DNA of 64,000 nucleotides, taken from an uncultured bacterium. GTDB taxonomy: Bacteria; Planctomycetota; SZUA-567; JAKLDR01. This document shows, piece by piece, positions 18,351-27,929 of the stretch. A model generated the notes under the pieces. The model was given only the letters and a program-made list of their open reading frames with translations. It was not told where the DNA came from and did not search any database. The position numbers and the translations under genes are program-made. The stretch covers positions 403 through 64,402 of the forward strand of contig CALGYR010000109.1 in the NCBI GenBank assembly GCA_937935355.1, in the 5' to 3' direction. Position 1 is the first letter of the stretch. The number at the start of each line of letters is the position of its first letter.

Positions 18351-19761
18351 ACAAGGTCTCCGAGCCAGCCTCGGTCACGCTGCCGATCAGGTCGGCGCCC
18401 CGGGCGCGCTCGATCCTGACGCGATGGAGCTCGCGCAGGCGCCGCTCCGCTCCGGGCGGCAGCCGGAAGCCGGTCCGCACGTAGCGCCCGGTGTAGCCGG
18501 CCGGCAGTCCGGCCAGCGTGGCGTTCTCGGCCAGCACCTCCTCGACCCGGCCGACGCAGGCGGAGGCGAAGGCCGCCGCGAGCTCCCGACCGAGGGCCCG
18601 GGCCTCGTCGGCTCGCCGGCCGGCCTCGTCGACCGGGACGCGTCCGGGCAACCCGGCGGCCGGCGTGCCCCGGCGCGGCGAGTACCGGAAGACGTGCAGC
18701 CGCGAGAGCCCCGCGCGGCGGCAGACTTCCAGGGTCCGGTCGAAGGCCGCGGCGTCCTCTCCCGGGAAGCCGACCATGACGTCGGTCGAGACCGCCGGCA
18801 GGTCGAGCCGTCCGCGGAGCTGCTCCACGGCGGCGAGGAACTCCTCCGCGCGACAGCGCCGGTTCATGGCCCGGAGCACGCCGTCGTCGCCGCTCTGCAG
18901 CGGCAGGTGGAAGTGCGGGCATACCCGGGGCTCGCCGCCGGCGAGCGCGACCAGGCGCGGCGAGAGCTCCCCGGCTTCGAGCGAGCTGACCCGCACGCGC
19001 GCGCCCGGCGCGGCCGAGAGCGTCGCCTCGACGGCGTCGGCTAGCTCCAGCCGGCCGTCCAGGTCGCGCCCGTACCACCCCAGGTGCGTGCCGCAGAGGA
19101 CGATCTCGCGGCGCCCGTCGGCGGCGAGCCGGGCGGCCTCGGCCGCCACCGCCGCGAGAGGGCGGCTCCGCGGCCGGCCGCGCAGGGCCGGCACGACGCA
19201 GTACGTGCAGCCCGCCGCGCAACCGTCCTGGACCTTCAGGAAGGCCCGCGAGTGGCCGTCGAAGCGGGTGATACCCTCCGTCGAACGCGACGATTCACCG
19301 CGGAGACGCAGAGAGCGCAGAGACGACGCGGAGAACAACGACGACGTTTCGTTGCGGAGGGACATAGTGGCAACTCCACTCCCATCCTCTCCGCGCTCAC
19401 TACGCGCCCTCTGCGTCTCTGCGGTGACTTCCGGCCAGGCCAGTTTCTCCTCCTGATTGAGCGCCAGGTCGGCTCCGCTCCGGCGCAGCGCCTCCTCGCG
19501 GCCCAGGTGGCTTACCAGACAACCGGCCACGACCAGCCGGGCGCCGGGACTGCCGCGCATCAGGAGCCGGGCGGCATCCAGGCTCTTCCTCGCCGCCGGG
19601 GCGGTCACCGCGCAACCGTTGGTCAGGCAGATGTCGGCCACCTCGCCTTCGACCGCCCGGCGGAGCCCAGCCGCCTCCAGGCGCTCGGCGAGGCACTGGC
19701 CCTCGTATTGGTTCACCTTGCAGCCCAGGCTGACTATCCGGAAGGTCTCTGGAGAGGCCAA
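18349..19761 (-). CDS. mtaB: MtaB/MiaB-family radical-SAM methylthiotransferase. It carries an in-frame insert of about 45 aa, encoded by a palindromic element, between the MTTase domain and the radical-SAM domain.
   Basis: N-terminal MTTase domain, CAAGCTYC radical-SAM Cys motif and a TRAM-like C-terminus. The ORF is uninterrupted across the palindromic element at 19296-19426. Confidence 0.85.
   Translation of the reverse strand: MASPETFRIVSLGCKVNQYEGQCLAERLEAAGLRRAVEGEVADICLTNGCAVTAPAARKSLDAARLLMRGSPGARLVVAGCLVSHLGREEALRRSGADLALNQEEKLAWPEVTAETQRARSERGEDGSGVATMSLRNETSSLFSASSLRSLRLRGESSRSTEGITRFDGHSRAFLKVQDGCAAGCTYCVVPALRGRPRSRPLAAVAAEAARLAADGRREIVLCGTHLGWYGRDLDGRLELADAVEATLSAAPGARVRVSSLEAGELSPRLVALAGGEPRVCPHFHLPLQSGDDGVLRAMNRRCRAEEFLAAVEQLRGRLDLPAVSTDVMVGFPGEDAAAFDRTLEVCRRAGLSRLHVFRYSPRRGTPAAGLPGRVPVDEAGRRADEARALGRELAAAFASACVGRVEEVLAENATLAGLPAGYTGRYVRTGFRLPPGAERRLRELHRVRIERARGADLIGSVTEAGSETL
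19296..19426. repeat. Palindromic element lying in frame inside mtaB: CACCGCGGAGACGCAGAGAGCGCAGAGACGACGCGGAG, a loop, then CTCCGCGCTCACTACGCGCCCTCTGCGTCTCTGCGGTG.
   Basis: The 38-nt arms are about 80% reverse-complementary. Same family as the element at 20622-20748. Confidence 0.8.
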
Positions 19762-19767
19762 GGCGCT

Positions 19768-20538
19768 TCAGTCCAGCGCGGGGCGGGGCGCGGCCAGGCT
19801 CAGGCCCTCGCAGAGCAGTCCGGCGGCCAGGGCCACAGCGGCGGTCTCCACGCGAAGGACATTGGTCCCGAGGGTCAGGCGCCGGAGCCGCTCGGCGCCG
19901 GCGGCCGACTCGATGGCGGCAAGGTCGCCGGCGGTAAGCCCGCCCTCCGGCCCGACGAGCGCGAGCACCCGTTCGCCGGCGGGCAGCCCTGCGAGCGCCC
20001 GGCGCGGCGGCTCCCCGCGCCGGAGTTCGAGGACGAGCACCCGCCCGAACTCCCCGGCGCGAGCGGCTATCTCGCCGGCGGCCATCGGCCCGGCCACCTG
20101 CATGAGGCTGGCCTGCCGCGACTGTTTGGCGGCGGCTTCGGCCAGGCGGCGCCAGCGCTCCACCGCGTTCTCCGAGCCGGAGCGCGGGCTGCGGCTCCAC
20201 TGCGCCGGCCAGAGCTCGGCGACGCCCAACTCGGCACACTTCTCGACCAGCCAGGACATGCGCTTGCCCCTGGGCACGGCCACGGCCAGCGTCAGCCGCC
20301 AGCCGGCCGCGACGCCGGCGGGCAGTTCCTCCAGCACCCGGCAGAGGGCCTGTTCGCCCTCGGTCCCGACGAGCTCGGCCCGCCAGGCGCGCCCGCGGCC
20401 GTCGAAGAGCTCCACCCGGTCGCCCGGTGCGGCCCGGCGCGACTGGAGCAGGTGGCGGCTCTCCTTCGCCGGGAGGGCCACCACGTCGCCGGCACCGGCG
20501 GGCGCCGGCTCGGCCAGGAAACGCCCCTGGATGCGCAT
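19768..20538 (-). CDS. rsmE: 16S rRNA (uracil1498-N3)-methyltransferase RsmE.
   Basis: Start MRIQGRF at 20538. RsmE-like PUA N-terminus and SPOUT C-terminus (LVGPEGG ... LGTNVLRVETA). Directly upstream of mtaB. Confidence 0.8.
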   Translation of the reverse strand: MRIQGRFLAEPAPAGAGDVVALPAKESRHLLQSRRAAPGDRVELFDGRGRAWRAELVGTEGEQALCRVLEELPAGVAAGWRLTLAVAVPRGKRMSWLVEKCAELGVAELWPAQWSRSPRSGSENAVERWRRLAEAAAKQSRQASLMQVAGPMAAGEIAARAGEFGRVLVLELRRGEPPRRALAGLPAGERVLALVGPEGGLTAGDLAAIESAAGAERLRRLTLGTNVLRVETAAVALAAGLLCEGLSLAAPRPALD

Positions 20539-20621
20539 GGCCCCGATGGTAAGAGCTCCGGTCCGGCGCGCAACCGAAACCGGCTCGAAGCCGGCCAACG
20601 GCCATCGCCTGAAACGCGGTT

Positions 20622-20748
20622 CACCGCCGAGACGCTGAGCCGCCGAGACAAGATACTGGCCGCGGCAGAGGGCTTTTCTCTGCAAGAGCCGTCTGTCGCG
20701 TCCATAAGCCAGCTCTGCGCCTCCGCGCCTCTGCGGTGCAGGCACCTT
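20622..20748. repeat. Palindromic element of the CACCGC-GAGACGC ... CTCTGCGGTG family.
   Basis: Lies in the divergent intergenic region between rsmE and the histidine kinase. It shares both termini with the mtaB-internal element. Confidence 0.7.
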
Positions 20749-20825
20749 CTGAAACGGCCCTGGAAGCCGCCGGGGGGGCTGTGGATAATTGCCCCTGTCC
20801 GGGTTATATTCAGTGTGGAGGGACG

Positions 20826-23800
20826 CGTGCCGGTCAACCTCGCCAGATTCGCTCCGATGCTGCGGGAGCGCTCGGCGGACATCGTCGGGCGGGTGCTGGC
20901 GCCGTGCCCGGAGGGTCCCATCAGGCCGGACACCCCCCCGGAGGCCCGCGCCTTCTGGGAGATGGCCGGTCCTATGACCGTGACGGCCGTGGCCCAGTTC
21001 ATGGATGACGGGCTGACGCGATCGCGCGAGGAGTCCGGCGCGGGCGTCGCCCGGATGATGTCGGCCGGTGTCACCCTTACCGACTGCCTGGCCGCCAAAT
21101 CCGCATTCTGCAGAGAGATCGGGCGCACGGTCGAGTCCTGCGGCGGCGACGTCACCGCCGTGCTCGCCGCCGTGGAGGCCGCCGACCGGGTCATCGGCTG
21201 GGCCATGGATGCCTTCCTGGCTCACATCGAAAGCAGCCTGAGCGCCGAGCGCTCCGGGCTGCTCACCTCGCTGGAAGCCTTCGATGTCGTCGTCTTCCGG
21301 GCCGACCTGGATTCGCGGCTGCTGGCCGTGAACCGGGCCGGGGCCGCGGTGCTGGGCGCCGCGTCCCCTTCCGAGGTCATCGGGCGGCGCTTCGCCGAGT
21401 TCTACGCCGACGAGGCCGAGCGCGAGCGGCTGAGGGCGCTGCTGGCCGAGAACGGCGAGGTCCGCCAGTTCCGGTTCCGGCTACGCCGACTCGACGGCCA
21501 GGTGCGCTGGTGCGAGACCAACCTCAGGCGCATCGTCGATTCGTCCGGCCGGCCCGTCGGCCTCGAGGGTTTCGGACGGGACATCTCCGGGCTCTTGGAG
21601 ACCGAGGGCGCTCTGAAGCGCACCGAGAGCCGCTACCGCGAGCTCGTCGAGCTGGCCAACAGCATCATCCTGCGCATGGACACCGAGGGCCGCGTCACCT
21701 TCCTCAACGAATTCGGCGAGCGTTTCTTCGGGTTCCGCAAGGACGAGCTCGTCGGGCGCAACGTGATCGGCACCATCGTCCCGGAGACCGAGTCCTCCGG
21801 GCGCGACCTGAAGGCCCTGATCCTGGACATCGGCCGGAACCCCGACCGCTACGCGCTCAACGAAAACGAGAACCTGCGGCGCGACGGCGAGCGCGTCTGG
21901 ATCTCCTGGACCAACAGGGCGATTCGCGACGAGTCCGGGCGCATCACCGAACTGCTGTGCGTGGGCAGCGACTCGACCACGCGCAGGCGCGCCCAGGAGG
22001 AACTGCGCCGCTCCCAGGAGCTCTACCGCGACCTGGTGGAAAACCTCAACGACGCCATCTACACGGTGAACGAAGCCGGAGTCATCACCTACTGCAGCCC
22101 GGTGATCGAACGCATGTCCGGCTATCGTCCGGAGGAGATCGTCGGCCAGCCCTTCTCCCGGTTCGTTCACCCCGACGACATGGAACTGGTCGCCAGGGAA
22201 TTCGGCAAGGGCCTGGCCGGGGACGTCGAGCCCAGCACCTTCCGGATCGTGGCCAAGGACGGCACGGCCCGCTGGGCGCGCACCTCCACCCGGCCGGAGA
22301 TCGTCGACGGACGGGCCGTCGGCCTGCACGGACTGCTCGCCGACGTGACCGCCCTGTTCGAGGCCGAAGAGGCCCGCAAGCGCACCGCGCAACTGCTCGA
22401 CAAGCTGCCGATCTGCGCCTTCGAGATCGGCCAGGACAACCGCATCGCCACGATCAGCGCCGGCGGCCTGCGCATGGTCGGCGCGGCCGAACCGGCCCAG
22501 GTCGTCGGCCGCCCGGTGACCGACTTCTACGCGACGCCTTCGCAGGAGCCGGACCTCCGGGCCCGCGTGGCGGCCGACGAGCGGGGCGCGGTCATGCGCA
22601 TGCAGGTCCGGCGCCTTGACGGCACGACCTTCTGGGCCGAGGGCTTCGCCCGCACCGTGCGCAACGCCGCCGGAGAGGCCATGGGCCGCGAGGGGTTCCT
22701 GCGCGACATATCCGCCCTGGTCGAGGCCGAGCACGCCCTGGAAGCCGAGCGCGGACGCCTGGACCAGGTCGTGCGCTCCGTCGGCGCCGGCCTCTGCCTC
22801 GTCGACCGGGATCTGCGCATAGTCTGGGCCAACGATCTGCTGGCCAGGACCTTCGGGCCGCTAGACAAGATGGCCGGCTGCCTTTGCCACCGGATCTTCG
22901 CCCGCTCTGAGAGCGCCTGCCGGGAATGCCCGGCGCTCAGGACCTTCCAGGACGGCGGACAGCACGTGGCGGACATGCCCGTACCCGCGTCGGACGGAGG
23001 GCAGAGGATCATCCGCCTGACCACCTCGCCGGTCCGGGACGCCGACGGCCGCGTCGTGCAGGTCCTGGAACTGACCCAGGACGTCACCGAGGAGCGCGCC
23101 GCCGAGGGCGAGCGCGCGCGGACCGCCAGCCTGCTCTCCGGCATCCTCAGCTCGGCCGGCGAATACGCCATCGTGGCCACCGACGCCGGAGGCACGATCA
23201 ACTACTTCAGCGAGGGCGCCGAGCGGCTCTTCGGGGTCCGGCAGTCCGGACCGGTCGGCCGGCTGAACGTGGCCGACCTCTGGCCGCCGGAGTCCCGCGC
23301 GGCCCTGGCCGCCGCCCTCGAGGACCTGGGGCGCGGAGGACGCTACGAAGATGACGCCGAACTGCTCCGCGCCCAGGGCCTGACCTTCACCGCCCGGGTC
23401 TCCGGCACCTCGCGCCACGACGGCGACGGGACGCTCGCCGGCTACACCTTCGTGATCCGCGAAGTCACCGAGGAGCGCGCCGCCCAGAAGCTGGTGACGC
23501 TGCTGGCCCACGCCGTGGAGTCGAGCCGCGAGGGCATGGCCCTCACCGACATGTCCGGGGTGGTGACCTACGTCAACCCGGCCATCGCCGCCCTGACCGG
23601 GCGCGAGGCATCCGAACTGCTCGGCAAGGACGTCTCCATCATGTACTCGAAGGAGACCCCCGGCGAGGAGATCCGGGCCATCGCCCGCTCGACGCTGGCC
23701 GGCGGCTGGAGCGGCGAGGTCACCGGGGTGCGCGCCGACGGCTCGACCTACCCGGCGTACATGACCACCAGCCTGGTCCGCGACGAGCACGGCCGGGCGG

Positions 23801-25134
23801 TGGCCATGGTGGGCCTGTGGCGCGACGTCTCCCGGGAGAAGTCGCTGCAGCGGCGGCTCTTCGAGCAGGAGCAGCGCCACCTGGCCGAACTCGAGCGCCA
23901 GGTGCGCGAGCGCACCGCCGAACTGGAGCGCGCCTACCGCGACCTCCAGAAGCTCGACGCCATGAAGGACCGCTTCCTGACCAACGTCAGCCACGAGCTG
24001 CGCACCCCGCTGGTCAGCGGCGTCGGCTACATCGAACTGATCCTCCACGAGGGGCTCGGGCCCATCAACGAGGACATCCGCAAGGGCCTGCGCGTGGCCC
24101 ACCGCAACCTGCTCCGGCTGGTCAACCTCATCGACGACCTGCTGACCTTCACGCGGCTGGGCTCCGGCAAGGAGTCCATGGTGGTCGGCCGCTTCGACCT
24201 CGAGGCCATGATCAACGACTGCCTGCTCGACCTCAAGGTGCGGGCCAGCAAGAAGGCCCTGCACGTGGAGATGGACGTCGAGAAGGGCCTGCCGCCCGTG
24301 GAGGCCGATGAGGAGAACATCCACCGGGTCCTGACCAACCTGCTCTCCAACGCCGAGAAGTTCACCGGCGACGAGGCCGTCATCCGCGTCCAGGCCCGGC
24401 GGGTCTCGGAATCCCGCGTGGAGGTGCGGGTCTCCGACGACGGCGTGGGCATCCCCCCCGAGGAGCTCGCCCAGGTCTTCGAGCGGTTCTACCGCTCGCA
24501 CCGCACCGTCTCGCCGCGCTACGGCGGCACCGGCATCGGGCTCTCGCTCGTCCGCGAGATCCTCGAGGCCCACGGCTGCACGGTCCACGCCGAGAGCCCC
24601 GGGGAGCGTGGCACGATCGTCGTCTTCACCCTGCCGCTGGCGGCGAGCGCGGCACGAGCGACCCGCCGGGCGCCGGCGGCCGCCGTGTCGGAGCCGGAGC
24701 CGGCGCCCTATGGCCGGGGCCGCACCGGGGCCTCCATCCTGGTCATCGACGACGACCCGGACGTCCACGAACTGCTCCGGAGCATCCTGAAGGACAGCGG
24801 CAACCGCCTGGTCTCGGCGCAGAGCGGAGGCGAGGGCCTCGAAGCGGCGTCGTCCGGCGACTTCGACCTGATATTCCTGGACCTGTCCATGGAGGACATG
24901 GACGGGACCGAGGTGCTCGCCCGGCTCAGGCGGGAGGAGCGCAGCCGCCACACGCCGGTCTGCATGCTCACCGCCCGGGCCGACGACGGCACGCTCAAGG
25001 ACCCGCGCGCCTCCGGGGCCCAGGGCGTCCTGGCCAAGCCATTCTCCATAGCCGAGGTCCGCGAGGCCATCGACGAGTTCATGTCCGGAGGGGACTCCGA
25101 CCGGCCCAGCGGCCGGCTGCCGCGGGCGACCTGA
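20826..25134 (+). CDS. Multi-PAS hybrid sensor histidine kinase with a C-terminal receiver domain.
   Basis: GTG start after a GGAGGG RBS. At least 8 PAS-like segments. HisKA (SHELRTPL), HATPase (GTGIGL) and REC (ILVIDDDPD ... DLIFLDLSM ... KP) domains. The 2016-aa track ORF is a spurious upstream extension. Confidence 0.85.
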
Positions 25135-25164
25135 GCCTTGGCAATCACAGCGTGCAGCGGGGCT

Positions 25165-25345
25165 CTTCGGCTCTCCGGGAGGGGGCGCTCCGCGGTGAGG
25201 AAACGCGCAGCGTTTCCTCAGCCGGGTTTCATCTCTCGTCGGGCGCGGAAATGTGTGGCTGGCGTCGGGAATGAGATTCAAACCCTGCGGCCTGCGGCCG
25301 CATGGCTTGAATCCGTGCCCCCTCCCGGAGAGCCGAAGAGCCCCG
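25165..25345. repeat. MITE-like element with perfect 28-bp terminal inverted repeats (GGGGCTCTTCGGCTCTCCGGGAGGGGGC ... GCCCCCTCCCGGAGAGCCGAAGAGCCCC) and nested internal hairpins.
   Basis: Read directly. Internal hairpins are GAGGAAACGC-gcag-CGTTTCCTC and GATTCAAACC ... GGCTTGAATC. Intergenic, between the histidine kinase and the isomerase. Confidence 0.8.
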
Positions 25346-25373
25346 GGGGCTGAGACCGGACAGGAGGACCGCC

Positions 25374-26174
25374 TTGCTCTCCATCGTGACCGATGAAATC
25401 TCCCACGACCTCGAGACCGCCGTGTCCATCGGCTGGAGGTGGGGGATCCGGGAGTTCGAGCTCCGTCGGGTCTACCTCGAGCGCGCGCCTTTCTACCACG
25501 AGGCCTTCTACGAACTCCTGCCCTCGCTGCGGAAGACCTACCAGGGCATCCGCTTCGTCGCGGTGAGCCCCGGCCTCTTCAAGTGCCCGGCCGGCCACTG
25601 GTCGGTCGCCCACCAGGCCGGGCTGAAGCTCGAAGCCAGCTTCCGCCTGGCCGACCTGATCGGCTGTCGCAGGGTGATCCTCTTCGGCTTCGACCGTCCG
25701 GCCGGCGCCCCCCGGGAGGAGCGCGCGCCGGCGCAGGTCCTCGACACGCTCGGCGCCGTCGCGGACAGGGCCGCGCAGGCCGGCTTCGACCTGGCCGTGG
25801 AGATCGAAGGCGGCAGCTACGCTGACTCGGGCTCGGCGGCCGCGGCGCTCGTCGAGGCGGTGGGCTCGCCGGCCCTGGGCGTCAACCTCCAGCGCTGGGA
25901 CCCGGCCGCGACCGGCGATTCCTGGGACGGCGGCTTCGAGCGCGTCCGCCGGCACGTCCGGCACGTGCACTACAAGGCGGTCGACGCCCCGGAGTTCGGT
26001 GGCGCCGAGCCCGGCAAGGACTTCGGCTGGGCCGCGAAGCTCGCGGCGCTCAAGGCCGACGGCTACGCCGGGAACGTCTCCGTCGAGACCCACATGAAGC
26101 CGCGGCTCGAGCGGAGCGAAGCGACGCTCGCGGCGCTCAGGAAGGTACTCGGGGAGGCGGGGATCGCCGAATAG
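25374..26174 (+). CDS. Sugar phosphate isomerase/epimerase (xylose-isomerase-like TIM barrel).
   Basis: AP-endonuclease-2/TIM-barrel-like motifs. 266 aa. Confidence 0.75.
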   Translation: MLSIVTDEISHDLETAVSIGWRWGIREFELRRVYLERAPFYHEAFYELLPSLRKTYQGIRFVAVSPGLFKCPAGHWSVAHQAGLKLEASFRLADLIGCRRVILFGFDRPAGAPREERAPAQVLDTLGAVADRAAQAGFDLAVEIEGGSYADSGSAAAALVEAVGSPALGVNLQRWDPAATGDSWDGGFERVRRHVRHVHYKAVDAPEFGGAEPGKDFGWAAKLAALKADGYAGNVSVETHMKPRLERSEATLAALRKVLGEAGIAE

Positions 26175-26274
26175 GGCTGCAGGCCCCTTGCTGCGGGGCT
26201 GGGAGGATGGCAGCGGAGGGGTCATGTCGGAGCCCGGTGAGCAAGCCGTCCGCCTGCGTCGCACCTAGCGTCCG

Positions 26275-26757
26275 ATGATCCTGTGGGCAACGGGGATCCT
26301 GCTGACGCTGGGGGCGGTCGCAGCTGTAACAGCCACCAGTACCGATCTAGGGCGCTTCCGGCTGGCAACCATCCGCATCAAGCATTGCCCAGAGGGGCTT
26401 ATTGCCAGGCGATTCGGCATGAACACACTCGACTCCTTCGGCGTGTGGTCCGGCGCGATAGCCGAGTCTGTCGACAAGACATATGACGAACTTTCGGCGG
26501 CATTCGCCGTACCGCCAAAGACATACTACTCCGAGTGCGGCGATTGCCCGACCCAGGAGACTATCTGGCAGTTCCCCGGGTACTTCGTAAGGCTCTACGC
26601 CACATCGGCGCTGGAGAGCGACGCTGCTGAAGTGGGCGTCTTCGCCGGCACCTACGAGACCTTCCGGGGCGAGCGACTGCTGTCCTCCGACCCCTGGACG
26701 AAGTTCGCCCTCATCGAGTGCAAGTCCCCTCGCAGGTTCCTGAGTCCGAACCGCTAG
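26275..26757 (+). CDS. Hypothetical secreted protein (160 aa) in a lower-GC islet.
   Basis: ORF with an N-terminal hydrophobic segment. Local GC is about 58%. Confidence 0.45.
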   Translation: MILWATGILLTLGAVAAVTATSTDLGRFRLATIRIKHCPEGLIARRFGMNTLDSFGVWSGAIAESVDKTYDELSAAFAVPPKTYYSECGDCPTQETIWQFPGYFVRLYATSALESDAAEVGVFAGTYETFRGERLLSSDPWTKFALIECKSPRRFLSPNR

Positions 26758-26818
26758 GCGACCACGGACTTGCGCCGCGCCCCCGGGCGGGGCCGCCCGA
26801 TTCAGGAACAGCCGGCGG

Positions 26819-27346
26819 TTGTCGATAGATATGGTGAGCGGGAGAGCCAGCATGGCTGCGATATACGGAACCGGAACGCTCTTCTACGGGTGGAAGAGCT
26901 CGCGCGGCCGGATCGCCACGGCCACCAGGTGGCTGTCGGTCTTCTACTTGCCCGTCCTCCCCTTGGGGCGCTATAGGGTACGCCTGCCAATGCCGCCCAA
27001 GAAAGGGTTCCTGTACGGATTGAGGGAACTCCTGAAGCTGGGGAGGGGTCCGCTATCGGTGCTGGCTTGGGCACCGGTTCAGACGGAGTGCCGGGTGATC
27101 GGACGCGAGCCGTTCAGGTTCGAGGAAGCCGTCCTGACTTACGTGAAAACGTATCTGCTCCTCCCGCTGGCGCTGGCCGGCCCGGTGTACGCGATCGGGC
27201 TCGGAGGGAACCTCCTCGATCAGAGCTCCGAACTGGGTTTCTGGGCGGCCATAGCGGGCCTGCTGGCGTTGGCAGCCTACTACCTCATCCTCATAGCCTC
27301 CCTCCTCAACCGCGCGCGCTACGGGCCCATGGCCGGGCGGCAGTAG
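26819..27346 (+). CDS. Hypothetical membrane protein in the lower-GC islet.
   Basis: ORF with two C-terminal TM helices. The start codon is uncertain. Confidence 0.4.
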   Translation: MSIDMVSGRASMAAIYGTGTLFYGWKSSRGRIATATRWLSVFYLPVLPLGRYRVRLPMPPKKGFLYGLRELLKLGRGPLSVLAWAPVQTECRVIGREPFRFEEAVLTYVKTYLLLPLALAGPVYAIGLGGNLLDQSSELGFWAAIAGLLALAAYYLILIASLLNRARYGPMAGRQ

Positions 27347-27436
27347 GCTTGTGCCGCGAGACGAGGCGGGACGGGAATGGGAGGATGGCTGGCGTGGACT
27401 GAATTGCCGCCAATAGTCATGGCCACATAGGAGACG

Positions 27437-27913
27437 TTGATGGGCGCCCCGGGCACAGATCAGACTGACAATACGGCCCATAGCAGGCCGACTTGGAAGT
27501 ACCCAGGCAGGCATGTGTTGCGGGTGTTCATCGCCGCCTTTGCAGCTGTCGGGGCTCTCTACGCGACAGTCTGGCTTTATGAGTTTCCGCACCGCTGCGA
27601 CATGAGAAGAATTGACACCGTGTACATGGACTTCCACATGGCGTTGCACGACAAGGACTACGACTCGGCCTACTCCTGCATGTCTCCGGAATATCGTCAG
27701 GCTCATTCCCTGGCTCAGTTCAAGGAGCGCTTTGGTGAAATGGGAGAGCGTTGGCTTGCCCTGGAGCCCGGTCGCTACCTCAGAGTGCGGGGGCGCGCAG
27801 CAAGGCTGCACCCCGGGAGCGATCACTGGCCCATGTCCGGTCCGATATACGAGTTCGTGAAGGTGGGAGACGACTGGTATCTGACCGGCAACTACGAGCT
27901 ATCGGTGGACTAG
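27437..27913 (+). CDS. Hypothetical membrane-anchored protein in the lower-GC islet.
   Basis: ORF with a TM helix (VFIAAFAAVGALYATVWLY). GC is about 55%. Confidence 0.45.
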   Translation: MMGAPGTDQTDNTAHSRPTWKYPGRHVLRVFIAAFAAVGALYATVWLYEFPHRCDMRRIDTVYMDFHMALHDKDYDSAYSCMSPEYRQAHSLAQFKERFGEMGERWLALEPGRYLRVRGRAARLHPGSDHWPMSGPIYEFVKVGDDWYLTGNYELSVD

Positions 27914-27929
27914 AGGCACCCTCCGGCGC

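Noticed and set aside
19084-25134. 2016-aa ORF in the supplied track.
   Set aside because: The first roughly 1740 nt overlap mtaB/rsmE on the opposite strand and have no domain content. The real gene is the multi-PAS histidine kinase, starting at GTG 20826 after a GGAGGG RBS.
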